The translations under genes were made by a program, and so were the position numbers. Shown here one piece after another: positions 47,661-63,345 of a stretch of DNA of 64,000 nt; the stretch's first letter is position 1, and each line of letters opens with the position of its first letter. This DNA is from Guillardia theta CCMP2712 (taxonomy: Eukaryota; Protista; Cryptophyta), in the NCBI RefSeq assembly GCF_000315625.1, contig NW_005434670.1, positions 744,016 to 808,015 of the forward strand, written 5' to 3'. The notes under the pieces are model-generated. The model was given only the letters and a program-made list of their open reading frames with translations, did no database searches and was not told the DNA's origin.

Positions 47661-49219
47661 ATGTCGAGATTAATGGCGGCCGTAGTGATGAGTCTGGGAA
47701 CAGCGTGCGCTTTCCATGGACCCCTTCCTCTCTCCCCTTCCTCTTTCTCCCTTGCTTGGCCGACCTCCTCTCGATCCCTCCCATTGTCACCGGTGTCTCA
47801 ATCTTGCTCAGCGTTTTCCCCGCTGGTGTCGAGTGGAAAACAGTTTGCCAAGGTCAGCCTGCGCATGGCGGGAACCTTTGGCAACAACGAGGATCCAGAA
47901 GACGAGAGAGGAAACTCCTTGCCTCTCTTCTACAGGAGTGACAATGGCACAAGGGACTCAGAATTCCGAGGCATTCAGTCGAGGGATGATGGACCAATCA
48001 ATCCTTATGTTGAGATGCTGGAATCTATCTCCCCCGGAGAAATGGTCGGTCAGTTCATGGCAACAGCATCTCCGAGAGTTCAAACCGCAGTGAAGAATAC
48101 GATCATGGGGTTGCTGGGAAGGTAGACTCAACTTCATGCTCGCATTCAAATAAGTCTCTTCTTCAGCCTACGCGCCTCCCCTGCGTTTGATGCCTCCATT
48201 GTTACTACACAGCGGGCAATGGCGTCTTTGATGTTTCAGCTCGAAATGACTGTAATGATGCATACCAGATGTCAAATACATTGTTTTGTAATCAATCATT
48301 TCCAGGGCTACATGTTTCGCAATGCCGAGTACAGGCTAAGCTTGCAGAAGTCTCTTTTGGAAGCGCTTCCGCCATCCATTGAGGAGGCAACTTGAAGAAA
48401 TGAATGATAGTGGCTTCGTTGCTTACAATCAATTTAGGAGAAAACGCCATCACCGAGTGTAAAGGGCAAAATTACTGTGACCATGCCAGATGGAAAAGAA
48501 ATAGAGGTGAAACTGATTTCACTGATCGATTGTTTGAGTATGCGTTCCCATTCATGTCTAAATTTCATTCTTTCTAGGTTGATGCCAATGCATATGTCTC
48601 AGAGCTTTCAAGAGAGGTAAAACAATTGAAATCAGAACTACTGAGCCTCCAAAAGGTCAGTTGCTTTTAGAATAATCTGATGCCAAGACTGATTGATTTG
48701 ACAGCAAAATGACATGGATGAAGTACAAGATATATTGGGATTTGTTCAGGTTCCAAATGATTTATCAAAGCTGGACTGAGCTCATTATGCTATCAGCGCC
48801 TAGACAACAAGGAGATGCAGTCGCTTACCTCGAGTGTAAGGTGCGGCAAAAGTCGATTGCCGTCAGTTCGACGCCTTGTGATGTAGAAATCGTTTTAGCC
48901 CTGAGGTATTGGACGCAATGAGGAAGCTGGTGGACACCGTCATCAAAGGGATGGGCGCTGATCCTTCTCTGATGAAGTGAGCAAATCTGTCTTGACTGAG
49001 ATCATCGTGACTCCTCGTCCAGCGAGGGTATTGAAATCATCACTGAGGTCCCAGCAAGCACTCTTGCCCAGCTGTGCATGTGGCAGGTAAACCCCTTGAA
49101 GCAAAGGTCGTGCCTTTTCTGACAAGCTTCCCAAACAACCACAGCTCGTGGTTGGATACAACTTGAGGGAAATGGAAGCTCGGGAAGAACTGAACAAGCG
49201 TCTTCCTGGTAAAGAGTGA
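47661..49219 (+). CDS. Plastid-targeted DUF760-family protein
   Basis: Bipartite presequence MSRLMAAVVMSLGTACA|FHGPLPLSPSSFS...; ASPRVQTAVKNTIMGLLG, ASLMFQLEMT|GYMFRNAEYRLSLQ; second repeat LAQLCMWQ|LVVGYNLREMEAREEL; stop 49217-49219. Confidence 0.85.
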
Positions 49220-49378
49220 AGAAAAAGAAACATGTCAAATTACGTCCTAGCGAACCAGCGATGTTGATTCTTTCTTCTATTCTTTATTAGACCTAATAAT
49301 AGAGGAATGCATTTTAGGCGTCAACCAACAGCATTGCAGCGCAAAGTTGATGCAAACATTGCAGACGAGCGAGAGATT

Positions 49379-51008
49379 CTAAAAAACATTATCCTGCGAT
49401 GTCTTGGTCTGACCATTAAACATGATGTTCGGGTTCCGGATGATATCACCCATGCTAACCACCTGGCAGGACGCTAAGAACAGCAAGCTTTCATATCTGT
49501 CTCACCCTCGGGCTGTCTGCGCTGCTGTCGTACATCGCATGTCTTCGAAGACGTTGAGCTTTCGTTTCAAGCTCGCGAATGACCAAAGGAGAGCTGGAAA
49601 GGATCTGCACCCGGCGAGCTGGATGCAAGCGGCGCGCTGCTGGGACTCGTCTCTGTACAATGATGAGATTGAGAACAATGTGTGCTTAATGATCACATGA
49701 AATGAAGGAGGGAACACAACCTCCTCTGCTTCTACTTTGCCACCAAAGCCAGAACGGATGGTGATCACAGCTGGATGAAAGCGATTACGAACAAACAACA
49801 CAATGAGCCACACTCATGGAGTACAAATAGTGGGGGAAAAAATACCTAAAGCAGCAATCGTGCAGACCAGAATCCCGGCAACGAGCATGGCAGTGGCCCT
49901 GCTCTTGATAGCACGCTTTGCTTCACAAGGGAATGATCCATCTGCAAAAAAAATCAACAATCGGCCTCCGAGCAAAACACTAGATTGATTTGCTTCAGTG
50001 GAAGCATCAGGGAGGACATCAAAGACGCCGAGAGCTTCCTAACCAGTAACCAGAGGGGAGGTATTTTTATCGCGTTCAAAGAGAAGCTTCTCGAATATGA
50101 GCACAAAGTAGAAGACCATGAAGACAAGAAGCAGAGGGAAAGAAAAAGGAGGACAAGCAGGAAGATTAGAAGGGGAGCACAAGTAGGAAGATTAGAAGGT
50201 GAGCACAAGTAGGAAGATTAGAAGGGAAGCACAAGTAGGAAGATTAGAAGGGGAGCACAAGTAGGAAGATTAGAAGGAGAGCACAAGTAGGAAGATTAGA
50301 AGGGGAGCACAAGCAGGAAGATTAGAAGGGGAGCACAAGTAGGAAGATTAGAAGGGGAGGAAGAGAGAGGAAGATTAGAAGGGGAGGGAGAGAGAGGAAG
50401 ATTAGAAGGAGAGGAAGAGAGAGGAAAATTAGAAGGGGAGGAAGAGAGAGGAAGATTAGAAGGGGAGGAAGAGAGAGGAAGATTAGAAGGGGAGGGAGAG
50501 AGAGGAAGATTAGAAGGGGAGACCAAGTAGGAAGATTAGAAGGGGAGGGAGAGAGAGGAAGATTAGAAGGGGAGGAAGAGAGAGGAAGATTAGAAGGGGA
50601 GGGAGAGAGAGGAAGATTAGAAGGGGAGGAAGAGAGAGGAAGATTAGAAGGGGAGCACAAGTAGGAAGATTAGAAGGGGAGGGAGAGAGAGGAAGATTAG
50701 AAGGAGAGGAAGAGAGAGGAAGATTAGAAGGGGAGGAAGAGAGAGGAAGATTAGAAGGGGAGGAAGAGAGAGGAAGATTAGAAGGGGAGCACAAGATAGG
50801 AAGATTAGAAGGGGAGCACAAGTAGGAAGATTAGAAGGGGAGGAAGAGAGAGGAAGATTAGAAGGGGAGGGAGAGAGAGGAAGATTAGAAGGAGAGGAAG
50901 AGAGAGGAAGATTAGAAGGGGAGGAAGAGAGAGGAAGATTAGAAGGGGAGGAAGAGAGAGGAAGGGAGGGTCGGGCGCTTTTTGCTCACAGGATAGTAGC
51001 ATTGCCAT
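49379..51008 (-). CDS. Hypothetical small type II membrane protein; the minisatellite probably lies in an intron; first exon uncertain
   Basis: Exons with plausible splice sites: KSRATAMLVAGILVCTIAALG (TM), RRVPAARRLHPARRVQILSS..., VVSMGDIIRNPNIMFNGQTKTSQDNVF*. Confidence 0.35.
50159..50964 (+). repeat. Composite purine-rich minisatellite, 26/27-nt units with constant core AGGAAGATTAGAAGGGGAG and two alternative tails
   Basis: About 30 units; the tail is CACAAGT (26-mer) or GAAGAGAG/GGAGAGAG (27-mer). Confidence 0.95.
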
Positions 51009-51441
51009 GTTCCCAAGGGCCAGTCTGAATTTTCACTCAAACGAGAAAAATGTAACTTCACAAGCCTGCCTATCAATTTATACTAGAAATTATTGAGGAC
51101 ATCAATTGACATTTACTTGGAATACATCACTTTCAGGTATTGCTGCTGGTATTGCTGTGTTAGGTTCATACGTGAGGCAGGCTTGGCACAAGATTTTACA
51201 TTGCGATGGCGTGGAAGTGAAGCAAGATCCCGTGACAGCTTGATTGACGTCCCGCTAGTCCTTACTCTCCTCCTCCTCCTCCTCCTCCTCCTCCTCCCAT
51301 CATCACCGCCACAACCACTAATATTACTACCCCCACCCCATTCAGTCAGATTTCGCACACCAGGCAGCTCATGGCAGTCTGGGTTGGATAATCTCTTTGA
51401 CCTCTGCAGAGTGGTGGAGAGACGCGATGAGATGAAGCTTT

Positions 51442-54414
<2,973 letters not shown>

Positions 54415-54672
54415 GGAGAGGAGTGAAGTGTCAGGATTGTTGATTCAGAATCAGAGTTTATCATCTCAAATCAGACCGGAACAAGCATCGATAGCATTGA
54501 TATGTAAAGAAATGTAAATCTTTTGCAGTATACAAAATATCTATGAGAACTTTGTAGATTTATTACCAATAGAAGGGTTTTTTCGTTCTAAAAGACTTGA
54601 TTGCTATCGACAACGCAATGCAACATCGCTAGGGTACAGTTGATATCTTACACAAGCTGGCTCTTCAAAAAT

Positions 54673-56118
54673 TCACCAGCCTGCATCGATGTCATCCACC
54701 ATCGGCCAAGGTGCATCATCCAGAGTGTCCAAGAGCAATCCATCCTTGCTGTGCGAGTGAGAACCACAGATAAGAGCCGTGAGCTCCTCGTGGGCATCGT
54801 ATGCCGCTGGACCCAAATCGAGCGGCGACCCAACGAAATCCTCGCAAATGCTGGCGACTCCCTCCGGAGAAGGGAAACCACTAGACATACCGTCCGAAGG
54901 ATCCTCAAGATGCTCCTGATGAATCCACTTCGCTCCCTTCAGCTCGTCCACAAGTGCCACCGGTCTCAAGGCAGAGTCCACTGCCTCCTCGACATCAAGT
55001 GACGCATACACAAGATCGTGTTCGATCCCTCGATGATCAAGCGAGTCCAAGCAGGTGAGAGGATCCAAGTTGTGGGACTCCCGCAGGCGTTCTTGCTTCA
55101 CTTCATCCAGTGAAGCCAGCGGATCCCACGATCGAACTGGAAGCGAAGGATGGGAAGGATCGTGGACGTTCACCACTCGAAGTCTGCGAGTAGTCACCGC
55201 ATCAACCTCATTGAAGAGGAATGAACGATCCGCAGACAGATCTCGCCCTCGCTTTCCAAGCACTGTTGGCGTTGGACTGTACACGTATGACGGAATCAAA
55301 GACTCGACATCACCGTGGGAGGCATGAATGTGTTTCCTTGAGCTAACTGACATCATCTTGGGTGTTCTGAGGGGTACAGAGCTGATATCCTGGGTTGCAC
55401 TTTCCACGCTCAAATGGTTGAGTTCGTGCTCATGCTTTGCACTCTCAATCCTTGAAGCATGGAGAGGTACACAGCTGTCCAAAGATCCTTCCGCAAATTG
55501 AGGCGAGGACTTGCCGTGGAGCGCATGTGCAATCTGCACTTTGCGAACCTGAAAAAGGGAGCGTTAGAAACAAATCTGTACTGCGGATGGTTCTCTCACC
55601 TCAGGTGGCTTGACTTGTGCTAGAAACTCTTGATCGGGAAGACCGATCTGATTCCTTGGCCTAAACCTCGTTCCCGTTCGTGCCCATTTATCTCCTTGTT
55701 CGAGGATGAAGAAATTGTACATCCTGCTGAATGGCCTTTCCGTACCATTAGACTTGACTTTGTTCCTAACCTTCCTCAATTCATTGAATCTGTGAAATCA
55801 TGTCAGACAAAGAGAAACCTGAACACAATTGACTGACCTGCGCTCGAAATTTTCCCCGTGCATCACTTCGTAGACTCCGTCTCTGGCATCCCAGCGCAAG
55901 ACAGTGGGATCCTTGAGAAGCTCACGCACCACGTCTGGCAATGCAAGTCCTCCCATCTTGGCGGGCTCTTCTTTCTTGGTGACTGGAGTTGTCGATGGCA
56001 TAGTAGCTATGGCACACCTTGCAATAGATTCTGTGGACGCACGCTCGAGTGAATCCTCCCTTCCTGGAACTGTGTAGCTGCTTTCTCTTGGAGCTAATGC
56101 AGTCAGCAGATTATGCAT
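54673..56118 (-). CDS. Putative transcription factor with HSF/ETS-like winged-helix domain and acidic C-terminus
   Basis: Three exons splice in frame: LPDVVRELLKDPTVLRWDARDGVYEVMHGENFERR|FNELRKVRNKVKSNGTERPFSRMYNFFILEQGDKWARTGTRFRPR; C-tail rich in D/L (DGLLLDTLDDAPWPMVDDIDAGW). Confidence 0.6.
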
Positions 56119-56399
56119 TCCACTGCCCCTCAGGCGAAGAGTGTGTTTCAGCCGCGAAGTGGCTTGCAAGCTTTGTTTCAGGTAGATCTGACGGGCTTCG
56201 GAGAGGGTAACAAAGTGATGCTCAGGCAGCAATACAGAAGGATAAGGTCGCAAGGAGGTAAGGTGAGGTGGCACGGAGGGTGGAGTCAAGGCTGGAGGAA
56301 GAGAGGGAAGGGCGTGCTAGTGCTAGGCAGATGATAAAGGGCTCCGTGCCAAGGGAGGGGGGCGGGGACAAGCCAGTCAGGAGGAGGAGGAGGAATTTA

Positions 56400-59300
56400 G
56401 CTACAGAATGGGTCGAGGGGGTAGGGGTTGGTGAGGGTTAACTATGACTGGGTGACTTCTGGTACGGGGTACTACTAGTACGGGTGATGGACATTTCTGC
56501 TGAAAATAAGGGGTGAGCACTTGCAGAAGGAAGAAGGTACCCTACCATGGCAGTCGTTTACAGTGAAAGGGCAAAGCATAGAAAAAGAAGGGGTGCAAGA
56601 AGGGACCCGTTCTCAAAGTATTCTGAATTGAGGGGGTGGGGGTAGACCAAACCCGTTCAAAGTTCTGAGGAACGGGTCCATTCCATGGAATTTACATTCT
56701 GCCCGCGATGTGACTGTGACACCCCCACCCCCTCATAATCATTCTCTCCAAGAGCCATGACATTCGGACTGAGGGTAGTGATTTTTGAAGGGTGGGTCAC
56801 TTCGAGATGGGTTGGAACCCCTCCTTTTTGGGCAACTGTTTTCCTCAGCCCCGACCCCGACCCCACTGAATTCAAATTGAACCCCCACCCCCTTTTAAAT
56901 CATGGAAGGCCACTTGTCAGTGGTCATATCGAAAAAGATAGTTTTAAACTTAAAATAATGTTAATAGAATATGTTTGTAAAATACAATGGCGCTACCCAT
57001 CGATGTTGAATATTGTTTTAAAAAAAATTGCAAATCGGGAGGCACCCCCACCCTATGTTCGCGATTCGAATACTTGACTACCCCACTAAACACAGATAAA
57101 ACAAGGGGAAAAAGGGGACGGTATTTCAGATCCTAAAGGGATGCTACCCCTAGTTTCCCAATGTGCCCCAACAGTACCAGTACTGTGAGAGGGTGTACCC
57201 CGGTATTTCATGATATATTCCTGGAGTACTGTCTGGTGGGTGGTAAAGGAAACTTTACAAGTCGCAGAGAGCTCCCGTTTGTACCGAGATCGAGCCTACT
57301 GGTACTGATTTGGACAGACTGTGCCAATGCCGTATGAGAACATAGAGTGATAATTGTACTGAAATCGGCACAAACAATCAAAAGTACATCTTTTTCAGCA
57401 CTCGGGGGGTGTTAATGGTAGTGTAGTTCTAATCTCTCTTGTACCAATATATACATAATTACTTACACATTTGTTATGAAAGGTAGACCAATTCATACAA
57501 GTCTTTTCTATTTTTGGTACTATTTTAATGCCCGAAAATACTTGCGACCCCAAGCCACAGGGGTCCTGTCAGGGTAAGTTTACTGCAGAATGTGTTCATC
57601 AAAAATCTCAGGTAGGGTAGTGTAAGCAAGACGGGGACTCGGGGGAACAGTTGCGGTGTTGTAGCCGGAAATACCTTGAAACCTCAATCTTTCAATGTTA
57701 TGCTGATACAATAGTTTTTAATGTGCCGGGCAGCCCCTTATCGGCCTCGAGAAAGAGAGCCCTTCACAACAGAGGGGTAGGGTCCAAATAATGAGGAAAA
57801 GACGGGTTGTGTGAGGTGGTCAGGCGGTCGGGTCTTATCCTGGTGGCCCCAGATGCTCGTAGATTCAAAAGGAGATATTTTCATCCTTTTACACATTCAG
57901 ATTAAGGCCTCCCCAGTGAAGTCCAAATTTTGCCCAAAGGTTCTTTTTTATTTCACAATTTTCTCTGAAAATAGGGGCACGAATTTGATACTTTGAAGAC
58001 AGGATCAGTGGCCTTAAACTGAAATTGAAAGTTGGCTTGTGATCATGGAGAGGGGGCACTTTTATAACAATGAGAGTTAACGGTCAACGAAAAACAGTCC
58101 GCCTCAGCATGATGCTGAAAGGCACCATTCAGGTATTATTCTTCTCTTATGAATTATTCTCTGCCCCACCAATCATTGGCCAACTCCCCGCTCAGGCCAT
58201 TTCGTTCCCCAACTTGACGCCTGGAGTTAACCGTCGTGAGCTCCGAGGCCGCGCCCCCTGGCAATTTGTATCTCTCCACGCTTGCCTGGAGCCGTGGACG
58301 GTCACAGGTCACAGGTGACTCGGATCTCAAGGGTATGGTATCTAAGTTACCCGCCGGCGGCCCAGTGGCCGCGGCCCAGACTCCCGCCGGGCCCAAGTCT
58401 CCCCGGGCCGGCCAGGGGCCCAGGCCGCGCCCGCGGCTGCCGCCGCGTGCCCGGCCGGCCCGGCGGGGGCCGGGGGGGGCCGGGGGGCCCGGGGGGGGGA
58501 GGGGGTCCGATCCTATCTCTCATGTCCCGGTGATTATTTTGGCCGGTGCCAATGTCGGGGGCACCATACTGTTCAAACTCCCAACTCCGAACCGGGTATC
58601 GGGTCGGTCAACAGATCGGAGATGGGACGCCGGGACTGTACTGTATTTCGTGATCTGTGTTCCAACNNNNNNNNNNNNNNNNNNNNNNNNNNNNNNNNNN
58701 NNNNNNNNNNNNNNNNNNNNNNNNNNNNNNNNNNNNNNNNNNNNNNNNNNNNNNNNNNNNNNNNNNNNNNNNNNNNNNNNNNNNNNNNNNNNNNNNNNNN
58801 NNNNNNNNNNNNNNNNNNNNNNNNNNNNNNNNNNNNNNNNNNNNNNNNNNNNNNNNNNNNNNNNNNNNNNNNNNNNNNNNNNNNNNNNNNNNNNNNNNNN
58901 NNNNNNNNNNNNNNNNNNNNNNNNNNNNNNNNNNNNNNNNNNNNNNNNNNNNNNNNNNNNNNNNNNNNNNNNNNNNNNNNNNNNNNNNNNNNNNNNNNNN
59001 NNNNNNNNNNNNNNNNNNNNNNNNNNNNNNNGATGCTGAGAATTGAATATTTCGTGGAAATCATAATCAAATACGACCTCACTCAGATTAATCCTAGCCA
59101 CCCCTCTCTCTTCCCGCCTCCCCTTTCCCCCTCCAACTCGGACCGGGGGGCAGGCTTGAACGGGCCGGGCCCCGGGGGGCCCTTCGGAACGGGCCCAGCG
59201 GCCTCCGGACCGCGGCCCGGGCCTCCCGGAGTCCGACTCACAGACGGTCAGGGAGGCTGGGCAGAGGGCGGCACGGCAAGACTGAAGATGCGGCCCCGCC

Positions 59301-59620
59301 TGGATCGGACCGGGGCTCCGACCTGCCGGCACAGTGACTGGGCTGGGCCGGCCGGCCCGGGCGACCCGTGACCCGGCGTCACCGGGCGTGTCACCGTGGG
59401 CCGTCGGCACCGGCCGTACCATCCTGCGCTAACTCAGCGAGTCGGACGGTCAACGGAAACGTCAAACAGACAGCCGGTGGACGACCCAACTTGAAGTGAA
59501 CGAGCCCATGGAACCTGAAGGTACGAGAGCGGCTGAGCTTGACGTGACTGGGCATGACCGTCACCGGTCACCTGAACCTGAGGCACTGTGGCCTGAAGCA
59601 CCTCACTCAGTGTGATAGAA
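56400..59620. other. Intergenic island 4: GGGT/ACCC/GTAC zone (56400-57800), AT-rich zone, then CCGG/GGCC zone (58240-59600) containing the assembly gap; between divergent genes
   Basis: Same word set as islands 1-3; G/C runs flank the gap. Confidence 0.6.
58667..59031. other. Assembly gap (N run)
   Basis: 365 N characters. Confidence 1.
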
Positions 59621-59849
59621 AGTTTACTGAGCCTAATGCCATGATTGGGATCCGATGATCCCATGCAAATTGCCAGCCAGTCAGTCGACTGATAGTTCTA
59701 GGGAGCCTAGCTAGAGCCTTCAAGATGAGACCGTCGACTCCAGGGCCGCACATTTGGCACGGCGGAGGAGTACAGTTGAAATTTGCCATGATGCCACACA
59801 CATCACTGTGAAATTTGAAGTGTCGTACTGAAAACTTCTTGTACTCAGA

Positions 59850-62324
59850 CGATAGCGAAAATGTTGAGGAGGTAAAGCAAGCAAAGGTCATCTATTCAGA
59901 AGATGAAATTCTGCAAGCATCATGCAAGATCAGCAAGTGCGCTAGAGGACATCGATGCAGGCGGAGAGCGAAGGCTTTGAAAGCTAGGTTGGCCACACAT
60001 GTAAGAAATGCATTTGTTTCCTAAAAAGGAACAGAACCTTGCTTGCTTGATGAGATCCTGGTGCAGGATTCTTCCGGATGGCCAATATTGGCCCAGCAAA
60101 CTGGAGGAGAAAATGTGCTGAGACCGGGACTCGATCTTGTATCAGACATCAGCATGCCATTCATGATAACATCGAAGAAGGTATCTGAGTGCGCAAAAGC
60201 ACTGGGCAAGACAGACTGACTGCTTTTGTGTAGGAAGTCATCACCTCTCTGGGTATTGTGGAATCTTACGAGGGAGAAGTTGACAAGCTTGGAAAGTGGC
60301 ATGGCAGCGGTACAGCGTCTCTGACGAACGGCCTTGTGTACAAGGGAACATTTGTGCATGGTGACATGCATGGAAACGGAGAAATCGAATGGCCGAGTAG
60401 GCTGCGATATCAAGGAGAAGTGAACAAGAACATGGCGACAGGTAAAGGAAAGCTCGAATGGCCCAACGGCGACTACTACCTCGGTAGTGTCCGGGAAGGG
60501 AAACGCCATGGTTCAGGAGAATTTTTTGTCGTCGGGTCCAACGGCGAGGCACGATCACACTATGACGGAGGATGGTTCGAAGGGAAACGACACGGCTGGG
60601 GGAAAATGACGTACGGGAACCGACAGGATCAGTGGTACGAGGGTGAGTGGAAGGAAGGTGCAAAGAGCGGGAAGGGAACGATGCAATGGAGTACAGGGAA
60701 TGTTTATGTCGGCGAGTTTGTTCAAAATTGCCGGGAAGGACAAGGAAGAATGCAGTGGATGGACAGGAATGAGATCTACATAGGCGAATGGAAGGCAGAC
60801 AAGCTGCATGGTATGGGGAGATACTTGTGGTTATCTGATGTTGAGGTCAACAAGAATCTTGCAGTCTTCAACCAGTATGTTGGTCAGTTTGCAGAGAACC
60901 AGAGGCATGGCTTCGGGATATTCTCCTATGCAGATGGGTCGAGGTATGTCGGGGATTGGAATGCAAATCTCAAACACGGCAAAGGCACCATCATTTCATC
61001 TGTTGGAGTCCAGCAGCAGGCTACTTTCGTCGAGGGACATACAGTATCCGACTCATCACAAGACGTTTTTGTGATGAAGCATGAGAATAGAGAGCATTCC
61101 ATCCGCCTACAGTTGGAAGATCTGTCTGAGAGCCTTCAAGATATCTCTCGGGAGATGACTGGTGTGAAAAAGCTGTTGTTCTCTTACCTCAGTGAGCTCA
61201 GGATAGTCTTCAACTTTTTCTCCGAGTTGGAAGACGAATCCGCAGGCTCTGAATTTGAAGATGACATGGAAACCAAGCACCAGCTCTCACGCAACCCACT
61301 TGCTGAAGAATTCCTTGCACGACAGAAGAGGCAACTTGCCGAACTTTACGCAGTAAGCGGGAAAGAAATTACACTAAAACAACTTTGGACTTTCCTGGAG
61401 GCATGCAGTCTGATTGATGCGAAGCTTTCGCTTGCTGAGGCGGATAGAGTCCTGCTCAAAGTCAAACATGGCTTCGAGTTTGCGTTTGGTTTTTTGAGCA
61501 TTCAGATCCCGAGATTGGAAGATCTGAAAGAGGCTGGAGTCAACGTGCAGCTTGCTCATCGAGCCGACAGGAAATTTGTATTCTCCGAGTTTCTGGAGAG
61601 CATCGTGAGGATTTCACATTTCAAGTATCCAGAGATTGCGAGTTTGAACGATCGGCTGTCTTTCTGTCTGTTTCGCAATGTTTTCCCTGTGGCAGCGCGT
61701 CTTGCTGGACGTTTCAATTCTGTTGCCATCAAGAGGACTGTTTTCTCCAAATCAGACGATTACTTTGCATCCTTGTATGCAAGGTTTGCTTCTACTTCTC
61801 CATTTGGGGACACCGTTCTTACATCACAAGGCTTTCTCAACCTGTTGGAGGCCTATGGCATGTTCAACGACAAGGTAACGCGCTTCTTTGTCCTGAAGAG
61901 TGTGTGCAATTCTTTGATTCCAGACCCCAAGGAAGCAGAAGCAAATGCATTCAACCTCGAGCTCGAGATGCTGCAACATCAGTTCTTGCTGCTCCTGGCA
62001 CGATACCCCAGCTTCGTTGCACAGAGCGATGAGGATCATGAGCGGAGTTTGGAGAATCTCAAGCAATCATTCTTAGATTACGAGAGAGGTCTGAATGCCA
62101 TCCGTGAGGCTGAACACTTTGCATCGCTCAACGACATAAGTGCGATAGAAGCAGCCCTGCTGGAGGCACAGAACATTTTCTCGACAATTGAGAGCGACAC
62201 ATTGCTCAGAGCTTCAAAGCAAGTGAACACTAGGATGCAGTCATTGATCCAGCTAGTCGAACGCTCAAAAACGAGCTTGGAACCCCAACAATCGGAAGAG
62301 CAAGACCAGCAGGAGGACAGTTGA
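59850..62324 (+). CDS. RSPH10B: Radial spoke head 10B-like MORN-repeat protein; upstream exons include an IQ-like motif; start approximate
   Basis: About ten MORN repeats (YEGE..GKWHGSG, YDGGWFEGKRHGWG, YVGQFAENQRHGFG) followed by LLFSYLSELRIVFNFF...LKQLWTFLEACSLID..LSLAEADR...FSEFLESIVRIS; upstream SCKISKCARGHRCRRR. Confidence 0.75.
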
Positions 62325-62329
62325 ATATC

Positions 62330-63345
62330 AGCTCCTGGGCTGTAAAGGGATGACAACCGGGGATAGATTGCTCCTGAGCAAACCTCAGTGTCGAATGAGG
62401 CTGATATATCGAGTGACCTGGAGAGTTTATGGCTCCTGAAACGCTGGTTGTCAAATTCCACCTTGGCACTGAGTCGGATGGATTTGGATAAAGTGGAGTG
62501 ATTCATCGACGCAACATGCTGCACATCTGTAGTCAACCAGCAGCAGTCAGGAGGGGGAGTTACCTGCTGAGTGTCTCTCCTTGTCTGACTCCCCACAAGC
62601 GTCCCTGTTTGGTAGTAGGGAACAACCTGAAACGAGAGTAAACAAACCCTGAATCCCACAACGAAGAAGATGTACCTTCAGCATTTGTTCGAAAGGGTGC
62701 TCGTTTACAGCGATCGCCTCTGAGACTATCTCATTCTTGCATTTCAAAACTTCTGCACCTACCTCGCCTTCGATTGAAGCTCGACGCTCTCGAAGAAGCG
62801 TTGCTCTGACTTGTAGCTGGTCTGGACACGTTAGACCACCTCGCGTCTGCTTGCATCGGATCTTCGACGGGGAGGATTACTGGCTCGTACACCTCATCCT
62901 GATACTCCCACACGCCGAAAGACCGAGAGAAGAAACTAGAGGATATTTGGCTCATCGCGTCCACCGAGCCTCCCACTCTACGTTTGCTCGCCTCATTGAG
63001 TTCGCTCGATTTCTTTGTCCTCGCAATCCTTGTTCCAACTGATCTTCCCCTCAGCCCAACTGTCTCAAAACTCTTTCTGAATTGAACGTATGCATGCCCC
63101 ATTGCGCTTCTTGATCTGGTCATTGGGTTTGCTTCTTCCTTGGCTGTCGGAGATGGCCATGATTTGCGGGTGAAGTAGAACTCGTGGTCAATGTTCTTAA
63201 CACTCGTCTTTGAATCGTTGTTGGTGCTGTGCTTCTTATAAGGTTCTGGCATCCTTCCAAACGTTGGTTTCCATACATGTGGAAGTTCAAAGGTGGCAGA
63301 TTTTTCCAAAATGCCTGCACTTGTTGATCCAAACCCCTTGGCCAT
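62330..63345 (-). CDS. Hypothetical Ser/Arg-rich protein; both ends uncertain
   Basis: 204-aa ORF 62731-63345 plus probable downstream exons (VSEAIAVNEHPFEQMLK|VVPYYQTGTLVGSQTRRDTQQ) with GT-AG borders. Confidence 0.45.

Noticed and set aside
50159-50964. CRISPR-like look (constant repeat plus variable spacer)
   Set aside because: Spacers are only 7-8 nt and of two recurring types; no cas genes; eukaryotic context.
57000-58230. Degenerate retroelement remnant
   Set aside because: Minus-strand translations are stop-ridden, with no convincing RT, integrase or transposase motif.
58236-59422. Long ORFs across 58.2-59.4 kb
   Set aside because: Open only because of the N gap and stop-poor GC-rich flanks.
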